A DNA stretch of 64,000 nt from the human T2T-CHM13v2.0 reference genome, Homo sapiens. Both the position numbers and the translations under genes were made by a program. The DNA lies in the NCBI RefSeq assembly GCF_009914755.1, contig NC_060925.1, one strand, 5' to 3'. This document shows positions 42,995 through 55,300 of this stretch, in pieces (the stretch's first letter is position 1; each line of letters starts with the position of its first letter). The notes under the pieces were generated by a model. That model was not told the DNA's origin. It saw only the letters and a list, made by a program, of their open reading frames with translations, and did not search any database.

Positions 42995-43083
42995 CTTAAA
43001 TGGTCTGTGCCTTTTCTTACCTCTGGGTCTTTGCACACTGCCTTAAATGGTCTGTGCATTTTCTTACCTCTGGGTCTTTGCAC
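42995..43083. repeat. 47-bp-period tandem duplication
   Basis: CTTAAATGGTCTGTGC(C/A)TTTTCTTACCTCTGGGTCTTTGCAC x2 with one mismatch. Confidence 0.95.
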
Positions 43084-46000
43084 GTACATTCCCTTCAGCC
43101 AGTCAGAGGAGGAGGCTGCACAATGGGCAGAAGGGCAGAGAGAGGTGAGTGGTGTTCTGGTAAAATTCCCGTTGACTCTTTAGGTGCCATGTTGGATAGC
43201 AATACAGTAAAATGATGAAAAGCTCTACTACTTACCATCTGTGTGGCCTCGACAAATGACTTAACTACTCTTTGCCTCATTTTCCTTATTTGTATAAAAT
43301 AAGGATGATGATAATAACTCAAAAGGTTAGTGTGAGGATTAAATGTGTTAACACATGTGAAGGCAATCAGGCTGCTAGAGGATTAAAGAAAGAGATGCAT
43401 ACAGAATGCTCAGAACTGTGTCTGGCACCTGGCTCTCATGCAATCACGGTGAGCACTTATGAGTCTTTTAGAAGGCTTTCCTGGACTCCTACTTTCCTTT
43501 AACTCAGCTAATCAGATTACGGTGTTAGTGTTATGTGGCCTCTGAGCACCAAAGTTCAGATTCATTAGATTTGGGTTGGGATTCAGATATGCCAGTCCCT
43601 TTTTGGCAGGCATTCCAGGCGATTTGAGTGGTTCCCACTTAGTTCGTCTGGGATGGTATTTCTCAATTCTTCACTATAAGATACGAGGCTATTTTCTCCA
43701 GACCCTGAACTCTGTGAGGGCAGGAGCTGCCCCTGTGTTTTTTTTAATCAGTGAGTTTCCAACACCTCTGCACAGTGCCTAGCACAGAGGGCTTTCTTAG
43801 TAATATCTGAGGACTATGCAAGCTTGCATGTTTTGCTAACGATTCCCTCTGCAGCATTATATGGTACACAGAACTGAGAACATAAATTGGATCTAGTTTT
43901 CCTGATATTGCTGTTACTAGTTAATAATTATTTATACTAAACTTTCACTATTCAAATCATTTTTCTGTCTCCTTATTGGACTCTAACTTATACAGATGGC
44001 AATACTGTACAATGGGTAAGAGCATGAACTCTGGAGCCAGAAAACCTCAGTTTATTTTTTGGTAAACAAAAATACTAATAACTGGAACTTTGTAAATTTG
44101 GTGGCTTGTGAGGACAAGCCCTGGAGCTTATCCTGAGTGGTTTGTTTCTGAGCTAATTGTACAGAAGTCCTGATTTCTATTTGCCTTTGCCAAGTGTCTC
44201 TGATTGTCAGGACCTCCAGAGTGAGGTGACATTTAGGGAAGAAGGTTCCAAACCAATCCTGCTTCTCTGGGAAGATTTTGCAGCCAGATGCCCCTTAGGA
44301 TGCCTCTGTGTGCATATTTAGGGAGCTCACAGGTGGGGATGGCAGGATTAGGACTGAGGGTGTGCAGAGGCTTAACTGATGGGAGGTTACCCACCCCACA
44401 TCTGCATGTAGGCCTTGTCTAGCAGTAACCCAGGGAAGACATTTGTGTCCCTGGGACCTGAACCTATTCACATGAAAGAACACCAGCTCCTGTTGTCCAG
44501 ATGCCATCTATGCTGGTCTGATGGCCTCCCATCCCCATCCCCACCCACTCTGGCCTGGATCCCATTTATAGCTTCACCTTCAAATTACAGGTATAAACTG
44601 CAATCATGCTTCCACCTGAGCTGGATGGGGAACAGAAGGCAGGCTGATTACCCCTGGATTGGCACCATATATTTGAATGGCAGGAGTGCCTCGAGTGGGG
44701 ATCTGAGTACTGAAATGGGCTCTGTCTTTTAAATCCCAAGAAAGTCACTAAAAATCCTAGAATGTGAGAGCAAACAGATACCAGAGCTCTGTGAGAAGTC
44801 AAGCTCTGTATATATCACGAGGGGCTTGCCCTTGTCATTGGTTTCTGGGTAAATTGTAGGAAAATTGTGAAGCAGGAAACCAAAGCCAGAAGAGCAGTGA
44901 CTTATGGCCTCCAAGGAAATAATCCTGCTTCTTCTCCCTTTCCTTTCCCAGGTATCAGATCAGCATCTCAGTCTGAAGGCTTTCCCTGCCCAATTCTGAC
45001 TTCTCTCCCTTTTCAATTTTACAAACATTGCCCTCAATATACCACTGGTATTCTGAACTCATCTCGGTGTCTGCTTCCCAGAGGACCCAATGGCCATGAA
45101 TATTGCCTCCAGTTTAACACAGTATCTAACACATAGCAAGGGCACAGTAAATGGTAGGCACAATAGCATTGGCAGTCATACTGTTATTGCTGTTGTTATT
45201 ATTATTTCTCCTGACTAAGAGAAACTTGCAGCCCTTCTGGTCAAGGGAAACCAAAGTGACAAATACACAGGAAATCTGTTCTCAATCTGACCAGAAATTC
45301 GCAGAAGGAACAAATATTCTGCAGGGCTGGCAGTGAACGTGAAGCGTAGATCTGGCCCTCAGGGCTACGTCAGGAAGATCATTGTTTTATACATGCTCGC
45401 ATCATTTGTGATTGTTCTTCTCACAAAAAGGACATGGCATTCATTTGGAGTCTGCAAGGCAGCTCAGGTTTCCAGAAAAATGAATTTTAAAAAGGGGAAC
45501 ATTTCATATTTGACATGTTCAACACTTCCTCCTTGATGCCGAGCGGAGAGTGTATTGGACCATTCATTGTGCTTGTCAAGACTTGAAGACAATCTCAATA
45601 CAAGTCATGCTGCTCTGAGATTTAAGACCCTTCAGGATATTTTGCATACTTGTTATATTGCCACCTTTGGTGTTTTAACATTTATTGAATCCCAGGGCCA
45701 TAAAAATGTCCTGCCTTTTATAGAGTGCACAGATTCAGAGACTCCCCCACAGGCTAACCCACCAGAGTTTGAAGAGACCTTACTGAAACATAGAGTTCTT
45801 GATTTGTAACTGAAATGCTACCCTGCTATTAAGTTGTCTCACCACGGCACTGGCATGTTACAGCGGGAGAGACAACCCTCTCCTCCCATCCCCAACACCC
45901 CAAAGGCGTTTACTGAAAGGCTAACTTCTAAGACGACACATTCTGTGTCTTTGTGAGTGTTATTCTGAGTTGATTCGTAGATTTCTTCTAACTTATTTTT

Positions 46001-46136
46001 TCAAATTTATTTTCTTCCTTCTTCTTTTCTGTCTCCTCCTCCTCCTCCTCCATCTTCTTTTCCTTCTTCTTATAGTAAGTGCTACGTTTTGGGAGCTTTA
46101 TTTTGTCTGAAAAAGAATCAAAGACCCCATGAATCG

Positions 46137-46225
46137 TATCATATGACCTGACTTGCCCTGCTTAGTTCTGGTTTATACCCACTGCCTGAGTATAAATATT
46201 AATAGCACCTCCTTTCCCTCTTAGA
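46137..46225 (-). mobile_element. MER94-like fragment
   Basis: catatgacctgacttgccc..ggtttatacc..tattaatagcacctcctttccctc. Confidence 0.5.
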
Positions 46226-46943
46226 TATGGAGTAGGGTCCTTAGCAAAATATAAGGGTACATATACACCCCACTCACACACACCCACACACATACACATG
46301 TATACACAAAATGGTAAAGGTTTGGAATCATGAACCATATACTAATTTAGAGAAATGAGGTTGCTTTTATTTATTCATGATTATTTATTGTATGGTTCTG
46401 TGACACTGCTGTAGAGAACCCTCCAGTGACTTTCATGAAAATCCAAATGAGCTGCCATCCTGGATTTGAGGGAATACAGTCTTGCTTGAAATCAAGGGTA
46501 TGAGATGAATAACTACTCAGGGCTCTATATGGTCTTGGGAACGCTTGAAGTAGATCATTGGGTGCTCACAAGTGGTCAAAGAGGTCAGGGCTCTTGTGGT
46601 TAAATAAAAATGATAGTGATAATGAATGCGATTAGTAATAGCTAACATATTTACTACATGCTTAGGCATTGTTTCAAGTATTTTATATTTACATATACTA
46701 ACTGATTTAATCTTTACAATAACCTTATGAGGTCAATACCATTATTATCCCCATGTTATAGATAAAGAAATCGAGGCACAAGGAGGTTAAATAACTTGCC
46801 CATGCTGTAGAATTTTTCTACTGGAGCATGGAGCCTTACCTTGTATCCTAATGTTTTGGTAGAAAGATACCACAGGGATATGTGGTCTCTTGCCCTTAGA
46901 CTTTACCTCTGGTTATTAAACTGGCCACCAAAATTCTCTTTAA

Positions 46944-47080
46944 TTAGAATGTCTATAAAATTTATCATCCAAACAGGGACACTTTTGAGAATGAAAAAGG
47001 GTATTATTAATAGTTATGTTGGGACATTAGTCATAAATGGAATAATGATGTGGGACAAACCAGGCCATATGGTCACCATA
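46944..47080 (+). mobile_element. MER94 (hAT-Blackjack)
   Basis: aatttatcatccaaacagggacacttttgagaatgaaa...caaaccagg..atatggtcaccata. Confidence 0.75.
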
Positions 47081-47234
47081 CAGCTAAAATTAAGTTCCTA
47101 AAAGCTTGAACTCTACTCTACCTTAAATCCTCACTAGCAAAGCCAAAAAATGTTAAAAAGGAACTTTACACATCATCTAGGAATAGCACATAAACACACG
47201 TGAAACCGTAGTATAGGTTGTCTTAAAAAGTAGT

Positions 47235-47744
47235 TGTAAGGAACTGTGAAGAATCTGAGATTTTATCCTACCTCCAAGCTAAGAAGGTAGCCTGCTACAG
47301 TTTCATGGATGCTGGTAGAAGACAAGTGACTCCTGGGTCAGAGACAAAGGGCTTTATTATTCATAGCCCAGCAAATGGCATAAGCTTCATGTTTGTGTGC
47401 ATTTTCTCTTGTCCTCTAAGTCCCAAGGAGTGATGCAAAGTACCCCAGGTGGGTAATACATTTACAATGGGCTTGCTTTACAGCTAGCTGAGAAACCTAG
47501 AGCTTAGGAAACCCAAATCTTTTATAGTGTGTTGCAAGCAAACCCACCTGACCCTTGTCCTGGGGAGAGACAGTAGCTTTATTATGCAGGACAGCAAACA
47601 AAGCTGTCCTTTGCTCCTGGGGGAAGCACTATCTCTATCTTCTGAGGCCCTTTGCTCTACAAAGATCTTTGAAAAGATAGTTGGTGCCTCTGCTTGTAAG
47701 ATACGTAGAAACATGAAAGACTCATAGAGAATTGTCTCCCAACA
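47235..47744 (-). mobile_element. LTR40a-like ERVL solo LTR
   Basis: The reverse complement begins TGTTGGGAGACAATTCTC and ends ..AAAATCTCAGATTCTTCACAGTTCCTTACA. Confidence 0.8.
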
Positions 47745-47769
47745 TCAGTGAGTGCCACAAAATCAGGGT

Positions 47770-48119
47770 TGATACGGTTTGGCTCCGTGTCCCCACCTAA
47801 ATCTCATATTGAATTGCAATCCCCAGTGTTGGAGAAGGGTCCTGGTGGGAGGTGATTGAATCATGGGGGCAGATTTCTCCCTTGCAATTCTGGTGATAGT
47901 GAATTCTCATGAGATCTGGTTGTTTAAAAGTGTCTGGCATCTCCCCCTTCTCTCTTCTTCTTTCTTTGGCCATGTAAGATGTACCTGCTTCCCCTTTGTC
48001 TTCTGCCATGATTGTAAATTTTCTGTACAGCCTGCAGAACTGAGTCAATTAAGCCTTTTCTTTATAAATTACCCAGTCTCAGGTAGTTCTTTAGAGCAAT
48101 GCAAGAATGGACTAATACA
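47770..48119 (+). mobile_element. MSTA/THE1-type MaLR LTR
   Basis: tgatacggtttggctccgtgtccccacc..aaatctcat...ataaattacccagtctcaggtagttcttt..gaatggactaataca. Confidence 0.9.
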
Positions 48120-51100
48120 AGGACGTTCAATAAGAGTTTTGTTTTTGGGATTTTTGTATTGGATATAGAATAGACTAGACAACTTTTTCACAGGTAGATA
48201 ATTACCCTTTCCTACTAAAATGGAGATTTCATGAAATTTTGGTTCTCTTTGTCTTGTTTCTGGGAGAGGCTGAGGTTAAGAAAAGGAAAGCAATGAGACT
48301 GAATGACACATATGTACACCATCATTCTTTTTCTATTTGTTGCTTTTCTGCCTTTAAGACTAAGGATTTTTCAGCAAAGGGTTGGGAAATTATTACTCTT
48401 CATTGCTCATGGGTGGATGTTCCTGGCAGAAGATTAACTGATGATTAATGGGAGGGTAGACAGTTACTACAATTAGCAATAAATATAAAAATATGCTCTT
48501 CCTACTATCAAAATAATTTACTATGATGATTCTAAAATGTTTGAAAAATTGAGACACAAAATAAAATAACCACCCTAGTCTTATTACCTTACCACAACCA
48601 CTGGTCACATTTTGGTTTATATTCTTTTGAGGTGTGTGTGTATGTGTGTGTGTTTACAAACATGTAACCATAGTTGTCAAAGTATAATTTCAAATTGCTT
48701 TTGATTTTTTATTTGCTGTGGATACTGCAGGCAGTTTTTGTAAACATCATTAAAAAAATTGGATAACATTACATTTAATACCAAAATTTATTTACCTGTT
48801 CTGTTATTTGATCTGGAGCCTAGTGTGTAAGATCACTGGCCCTGGAACAGGAATTATATCTCCATCACTTAAACTAGCTTTCTGACCGAATGTAGACTAA
48901 ATAATTACCCTTTCTGAGCCTCAATTTCCTCAACTGGATAATAGATACAATAATGACCTTTTTATTGAATTGATAGTGAAAACTAATGAGATCAAGATAA
49001 CATTTATAGGTACATTAACACAGTGCCTGACATGTGACCTAAAAAGTTAACAAATAATAATAATAATTATTATTATTACTCTATCAGTTCTTCATTATAA
49101 ACTGTGGCTCAGTGGACATCTTCTGTGCTTTTCCGAGACTAACCACTATTTCTTTAGAGCAGATTCCTAGAAGTGTAAAGACTGGATTAGGACCAGGGAC
49201 ATTTTTGACATTGGTGACTCCAGATTTGTGTTTGGAAGGTGACCATGCAACAGCTGAACAGGCGGAGTGTAAGCTCTGTAGCCAGTATCAACATAGGTAA
49301 ATCCCATGAATGTTTTCAATGCCATATAGAGCCTTGTGCTTCCAAGATGCACCTACGGCATAAGCAGTCACCATGATCCTTGCCCCTGAATTACGGTGAG
49401 CAGTGCAGAATGATGGACAAGCACCCTTTTACCTGTCTGTCTCTTTAGGAAGATCAGTGGCTCACGTCTGGTGTCTCAATGGCTAAACAGTCAAATTTTT
49501 CTTCCAAACATATTCTATTTTGTTGACACAATGTGAAAAATTGAATCTGAATGTCATTGATTGGGGCATGGGATCTCCCTTCTCCATAGGCTCCTGGCTC
49601 TTCTATATTTTCTTCTATGATGGCTTTCTGTGAAGAAGTTGTCCACTAAGCCCCCGTGACCCCGGGACTAGGCACGAGCACTGTGGCAAGGATGGCATCT
49701 CATTGCTTGTGGTATTCCAGTGCCCATCCTGAAGGCTGGCACGTAGGAGGGGTTCTAAGTATGGGCTGGCTGAGGAATCTGGGCGGAAGTGGCTGAGCTG
49801 CATGTACACACAATTCTGATGTACTCTATGAGCCTTAGGCTGCCATTTTTTTCCCCTGCAAGTCTCAGTTTTCCCTTCTGTAAAATGAAGGAATTTAACT
49901 GGATGTCCTCAAATATCTCTTTTGATTGTAGAAGTCTATATGTCTGTTATATAATTATAATCATGAATTTCTACTTTGTGCCAAAAGGTAAGAAACATGA
50001 CCCCTCTTTCAAGAAGTTTACTACCAAGTTTGGAAATATATTATTGTTATTTATTTTATATAAGTAAATGCCAAAAATGACACTGGGCTATATATGATTA
50101 AATCCTAAAAGAATAGAGGTATGGTAGGAGCAATTCATTTATCCACTGAGCATTTTTGGAGCACAGACCATCTATGAGCTAGGTTCTGTCCTAGGCACTG
50201 AGTTGATTCAGGGTCAAGAGAAAATGCTACAGAGGCCCAGGGGTATGATCCTTGGAAAATTATTAAACCACCTCGAGCTTCACTTTTTATATATGTAAAA
50301 TGGAGATGAAATAAAAAGCTATGGAGAGGATTTGGTGATTTAGTGAGTTGGAAAAATACAGGGTAAATTGAAGGTGAGACAAGTGTTAGTTGCCATTATT
50401 ACCGAGAAATTTTATTTGCCTATTGATTGTTCATGCTTAGCATTAAGGGGTGAAGAGCAGGAACTGTAATGTTATTATCTTTGGCCTAGATCATTAAACA
50501 CCCTTCTAATCTGGTCTGTTTATGTCCAGTCTTGGTTACCCCCATTTATACCCCAGTCAGGGTGAGATCCCTAAAATCTCATCTGGCCATGACACTTTCT
50601 TGCTAAAATCCCACAGGACATGTAATTGAAAAATGGGAGAAGAGCCTGGGGCTTCACTTGATCTGTAATGTTTTATATTTTCAGTGCACAAGTATAACTT
50701 ATACTAGTTATACTTTTTGTCCACCTGAAATGTTTCTGAATTAAAAGTTACTTGAGGAGGGAGTACCAAGGACATCACATTTACTGGCTTGTTTCCTGAC
50801 ATGCTGCAAACTGGGTGGAGGGAGACAGCATCCTTCAGGGTGGCAGGAACAGGAGGGCTCAGAATTAATTTTGTGAGTCATTTGAGACTTCAAGAAGGTA
50901 CTATGTTCCAGAAAGAAATCCAACCTGTGTTCATGAATTGGGGTCTTTATTTTCCATATAGCCTTTGACAGTTTTCCCAGAAAGAAAGAAAACAAGTGGA
51001 AAAAAGTGGGAAAATTCTCCAAACCTATACAGTCACAGCAAGGGAGAAAACTGTTCTCATTGCCCAGCTTCTGATTTAAATGCAGGGAAGGTCCTAATTG

Positions 51101-52132
51101 TCTCCCAGGCCACAGGCCCCATTCTAATTTATGGAAGGGAGGGCCTGGGAGGTAAATCTCTATGTCATTTTTCTAAGCCACCTAAAATAAGCTCATTAAA
51201 CTACTGCCCATAAATGGAGGTGTTTTTCCCAGTGTTAAGGTGCTCCCACCCTCATCCCACACCCAGCATCACCCAGGGCACCGCCACTTTGAGATCCTGA
51301 GGGCACATCTGACAATGGAGCATTCAGGAAGGCCTTCTCAGATGGGGTAGGAAGCCTGTTTTATGCCCTGTTAATTACTGCAACAATTTATAAAATTCAT
51401 GACAAACATAAAGCCCTTACAGAGATTGTATTTCAAATGGTATTTACCTGTAACAGAATCCCCTTTGTTTGTAATTCCTGGATTTACGAGCTGTTGCACA
51501 ACAAAATGGAACTGCTCCTTGTCCCCATGTGGGGCACTGGCTGGGGGACCTTAAACCTGCCATGGAGACAGAAACCTACTCAGGCTGGGAAGGAGAAACT
51601 GTGATCAGACCCACCACCCACCCATGGCGCATCTCAGTTTCACAGCCTGTGAGCTCGGGGTTCATGATGTGGGGGTGAAGTTTGGACTGGGTTATGTAAG
51701 TTTTCTCAGAGAACTTTGGTGCCTGAGAGCTGGAAGGGACCTCAGGCAGGAGCTATTTTGACTTTGTATCCATCATAGGGATGTTCTTACAGCTTCTCTA
51801 TCTATTTGCATACTCCAGTGATAGGGAGCTCCTTACCTGACAAAGCAGCCCAGATTATTGCCATGGTCTCTTGGTCTCTAGTCTTATCCCTTTCTTTTTC
51901 TCCCCAGTCTTTTTTCTAAAACCCAAATCTGATCTTGTTATGCTCCAGCTTAAAATCCAATGGCTTCCCTTTGCCTTCAGAATAAGTCCAAATTTCTCAA
52001 CAAGGCCTGCAAGCTCCTGTGTGGGTTGTCCCTGCCCTCTTGTCTGCCTGCAGCTGGCAGTGGCCCTTGTGCACTCTTCTTCAAACTACTTGCAATTCTG
52101 CTCTTGCTTTTTTTTGCATTAAAATCCCATAG

Positions 52133-52792
52133 ATGCTGGTGAGGTTGCAGAGAATATGGAACATTTATACACTGTTGGTGGGAATGTAAATCAGTTCAAC
52201 TATTGTGGAAAGCAGTATGGCGATTCCTCAAAGAGCTAAAAACAGATCTACCATTTGACCCAGCAATCCCATTACTGGCTATATACCTAGAGGAATATAA
52301 ATAATGTTACCATAAAGACACACGCATGCAAATGTTTATTGCAGCACTATTCACAATAACAAAGACGTGGAATCAAACTAAATGGCCATCAATGACAGAC
52401 TGGATAAACAACATGTGGTACATATATACCATGGAATACTATGCAGCCATAAAAAGCAAAGAGATCAGGTCTTCTGCAGGAACATGGATAGAGCTGGAGG
52501 CTACTATACTTAGCAAGCTAACACAGGAACAGAAAACCAAATACCACATGTTCTCACTTATAAGTGTGAGCTAAGTGATGAGAACTCATTTAACACAGGG
52601 TAGAGAACAGCAGACACTGGGGCCCACCTGAGGGTAGAAAGTGGGAGGGAGAGGATCAGAAAAAATAACTATTGGGCCCTAGGCTTAGGACGTGGATGAT
52701 AAAATAATCTGTACAACACACTCCCATGACACAAGTTTACCTATATAACAAACCTGCACATATACCCCAAAACCTAAAATAAAAGTTAAAAA
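52133..52792 (+). mobile_element. L1PA15/16-like LINE-1 3' end
   Basis: ORF2 C-terminus [24 protein letters not shown], 3'UTR, degenerate TSD A(A/G)AATCCCA(T/C)AG. Confidence 0.92.
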
Positions 52793-53811
52793 AGAATCCC
52801 ACAGTAAAACTTATATGATACAAGCACCAAGAACTTAAATTTAGGGCAGCAAGTGTGAGTATGTTTGTGGAGCTGGAAGACTGCACCTTTCTCAGCCTCC
52901 AGCATGGGAGATCAGGTGATTAGAACTCTGTAGAGGGATAGGAGGATGCTGGCAGCACCAAAGAAAAGAGGAAAGCAGGCTGAGTCCCCAGGACCCAGGC
53001 AGGAAAGTGTAGAGGGCCTCAGGAGAATTAGAGGCTTGAGAACATGAGAAAGTCCCTGCTATTCTCTCGGATGACATTTGAGCTGTTGAAATGTGCTACA
53101 TTGAAAAGAACCATTCTCATCTGACCCATCTAGAGGCTGGGGAAAAGGAGCTCAGCTCAGCTCAGTTCTTTTCTCAGCACAGCAGGTCTGGTTTTCAGTG
53201 AGTTTCCAGCTTCAGAGAAAACAGTGCCTCTAAGCAAAGGTGCTAACTTTACGAGTCTTGGACAAGGAGTTGCTTTCATTTTCTGTTGGGTGTCAGAATA
53301 TGTGTCCTCTGTGAGATATGCAGGAGACCTTCAGGTTTGCATCTTCTGAAGCAGAAGACTGTGTTTACGGAGCAGTTAAAACCTGGAGTGACTGTGTATT
53401 GTGACTGTCCAAAGTGTCCATTTTAAATGCTCGTGTGCTCATTTCTTAGAAGAGCTATTTCACACAGAGATTAAAGAAAAAAGCACGAACTTCAGAGTCC
53501 ATCCGATTTCAGCTATTTTACTTACTTCTTCTCTGTGGGTCTTGACTGTAGTGTCTGAAAAATGAGGCTGCTGTTTGGAAGAGTTCTTTGAGCCATTTAA
53601 TTTCTCAGGAGCTGAAATTGGTCTATGGTTTTCTCATTGATGAGATGGAGTTAACACTAACGTCTACCTCTAGAGCTGCTCTGTATAAGAATTAAAATAA
53701 TCTATCTTATAAATATTATAAGGATGATGCTTCTGCATTTTCTATCAGACCACAGTTTAAGAAGATGCTGGGAAGAAAAGGTGCAATCTGTTTACACTGA
53801 GGTATAGGAAA

Positions 53812-54150
53812 GGGAAAGTTAGGATGCTTTTGGCTGCAAGCAACAGAAGACCTACATTGTTTAAATGGTAAGGAAATTTATCATTTTACATATCAAGATG
53901 TTTGAAGTAGGGGAAAAGATGACAAAGTGATTCTCAGCAGTCCCAAAAGCACAGCTTCATGTTTCATTGGCTAGAGGTTAGTTACAATCATGGCTTACCC
54001 TGAGACTGGGCTTCCCCCAAGCCTATCGCCACCAGATACAGATTGAAATGTGGATGAGAGCAAGGAAAGAGTAGAGACTGGACTGGCTTTGGACAACTAG
54101 CAGTGTCTGCCCCAGAAGAAACTAATACACACCATACAACTATATACCAA
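53812..54150 (-). mobile_element. Old MLT1 (J/K/L-like) LTR fragments
   Basis: gttaggatgcttttggctgcaagcaacagaa..tttcattggctag. Confidence 0.5.
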
Positions 54151-54339
54151 GCAGGTTCCAAGTCAATGACTACTTCAGAAATAGTTTGGACTCTGGATGG
54201 AGACACTTCCTGGTGTGGAGGGAGGAAACGTGATGTATGGGGAGAAACATGGTGTCTTTAGAATCAACTACCTTGAGTTCAAATTTGGTTCTACCCTGAC
54301 CAGGCAGGTTTCTGGTGGCTATGTGTTTAGTCAGTTAAG

Positions 54340-55065
54340 GAAGTGAGTGCAAATCAAAACCATAATGATACCACTAAACACCCATCCATGAGAATGGCTA
54401 AAATTTAAGGGACTTGCTGGTGAGTGTATAAATTGATATACACCCTATGACTGATCCAGCAATTCTGCTCCACATGGAACAACTAAGGTGGACCATTTTA
54501 GCTTCAGAGCTCTCTGTGGGTCAGCTGAGGTGGTCCTTGGGTCTTTGTTGAGTTCTTGACTTCTCTCTGTTCTGATCCTGTTTTCTGTTCTTCCCTTCCA
54601 TAGGGCTCCATCCCAAGGGTACTTCTTAGTAACTATCCTGCATGCTAACCAACATCTCAGAGTCAACTTCCCAGAGAACAAACCTGCAACATGTGATATG
54701 TTTGTTCACTAGAATACTACACAGCAGTAAAAAAAGAACACACGATAATACAGGCAACATGGATGAATGTCGAGTGAGAAAAGTCATATATGAAAGAGTA
54801 CACTCTATAGGATTCCATTTAAATGAAGGTCAAAAACAGACAAAACAAATCTACAGTGAAAGAGGTCAGAATAATGGCAACCCTTCATATTAGGGAGGCT
54901 CCTGTGGTACTGGAAGTAGTTTGTATCTTGATTCAGAGGGTAGCTACCACCTCAACATAGTTATGCATGTATGTATATAATATATTCGTATTTAACATTT
55001 ATTGGGCTGCATACTTACTTGATTGCATTAAGTTATACCTCCATAAAAAACAAAACAATAAAAAA
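54340..55065 (+). mobile_element. Old L1M 3' region interrupted by an ERVL LTR (LTR33/LTR16-like, about 54485-54691)
   Basis: tgcaaatcaaaaccataatgatacca, gattccatttaaatgaag..gtgaaagaggtcagaata; LTR end catctcagagtcaacttcccagagaacaaacctgcaaca. Confidence 0.6.
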
Positions 55066-55119
55066 GCCAGATTATACTGTACTTGCCTATGACCCTGCTA
55101 GTATGTAGCATATAGTATG

Positions 55120-55300
55120 CAGCACATGTTATTCTAGGTGTGTCTGTGAGGGTGTTTCTGGTTAAGATTAGTGTTTGAACTGGTAGACAGAGTAAAGCAG
55201 ATAGCCCTTCCTAATGCAGATGGGCCTCATCCAATCAGATGAAGGCCTGAATAGAGTAAGGAGGCGGCCCCTCCCTCCAGTAAAAGGGAACTCCATGCCA
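55120..55300 (+). mobile_element. MLT2 LTR fragment
   Basis: ggtgtgtctgtgagggtgtttctgg..gggcctcatccaatcagatgaaggcctgaatag. Confidence 0.75.
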
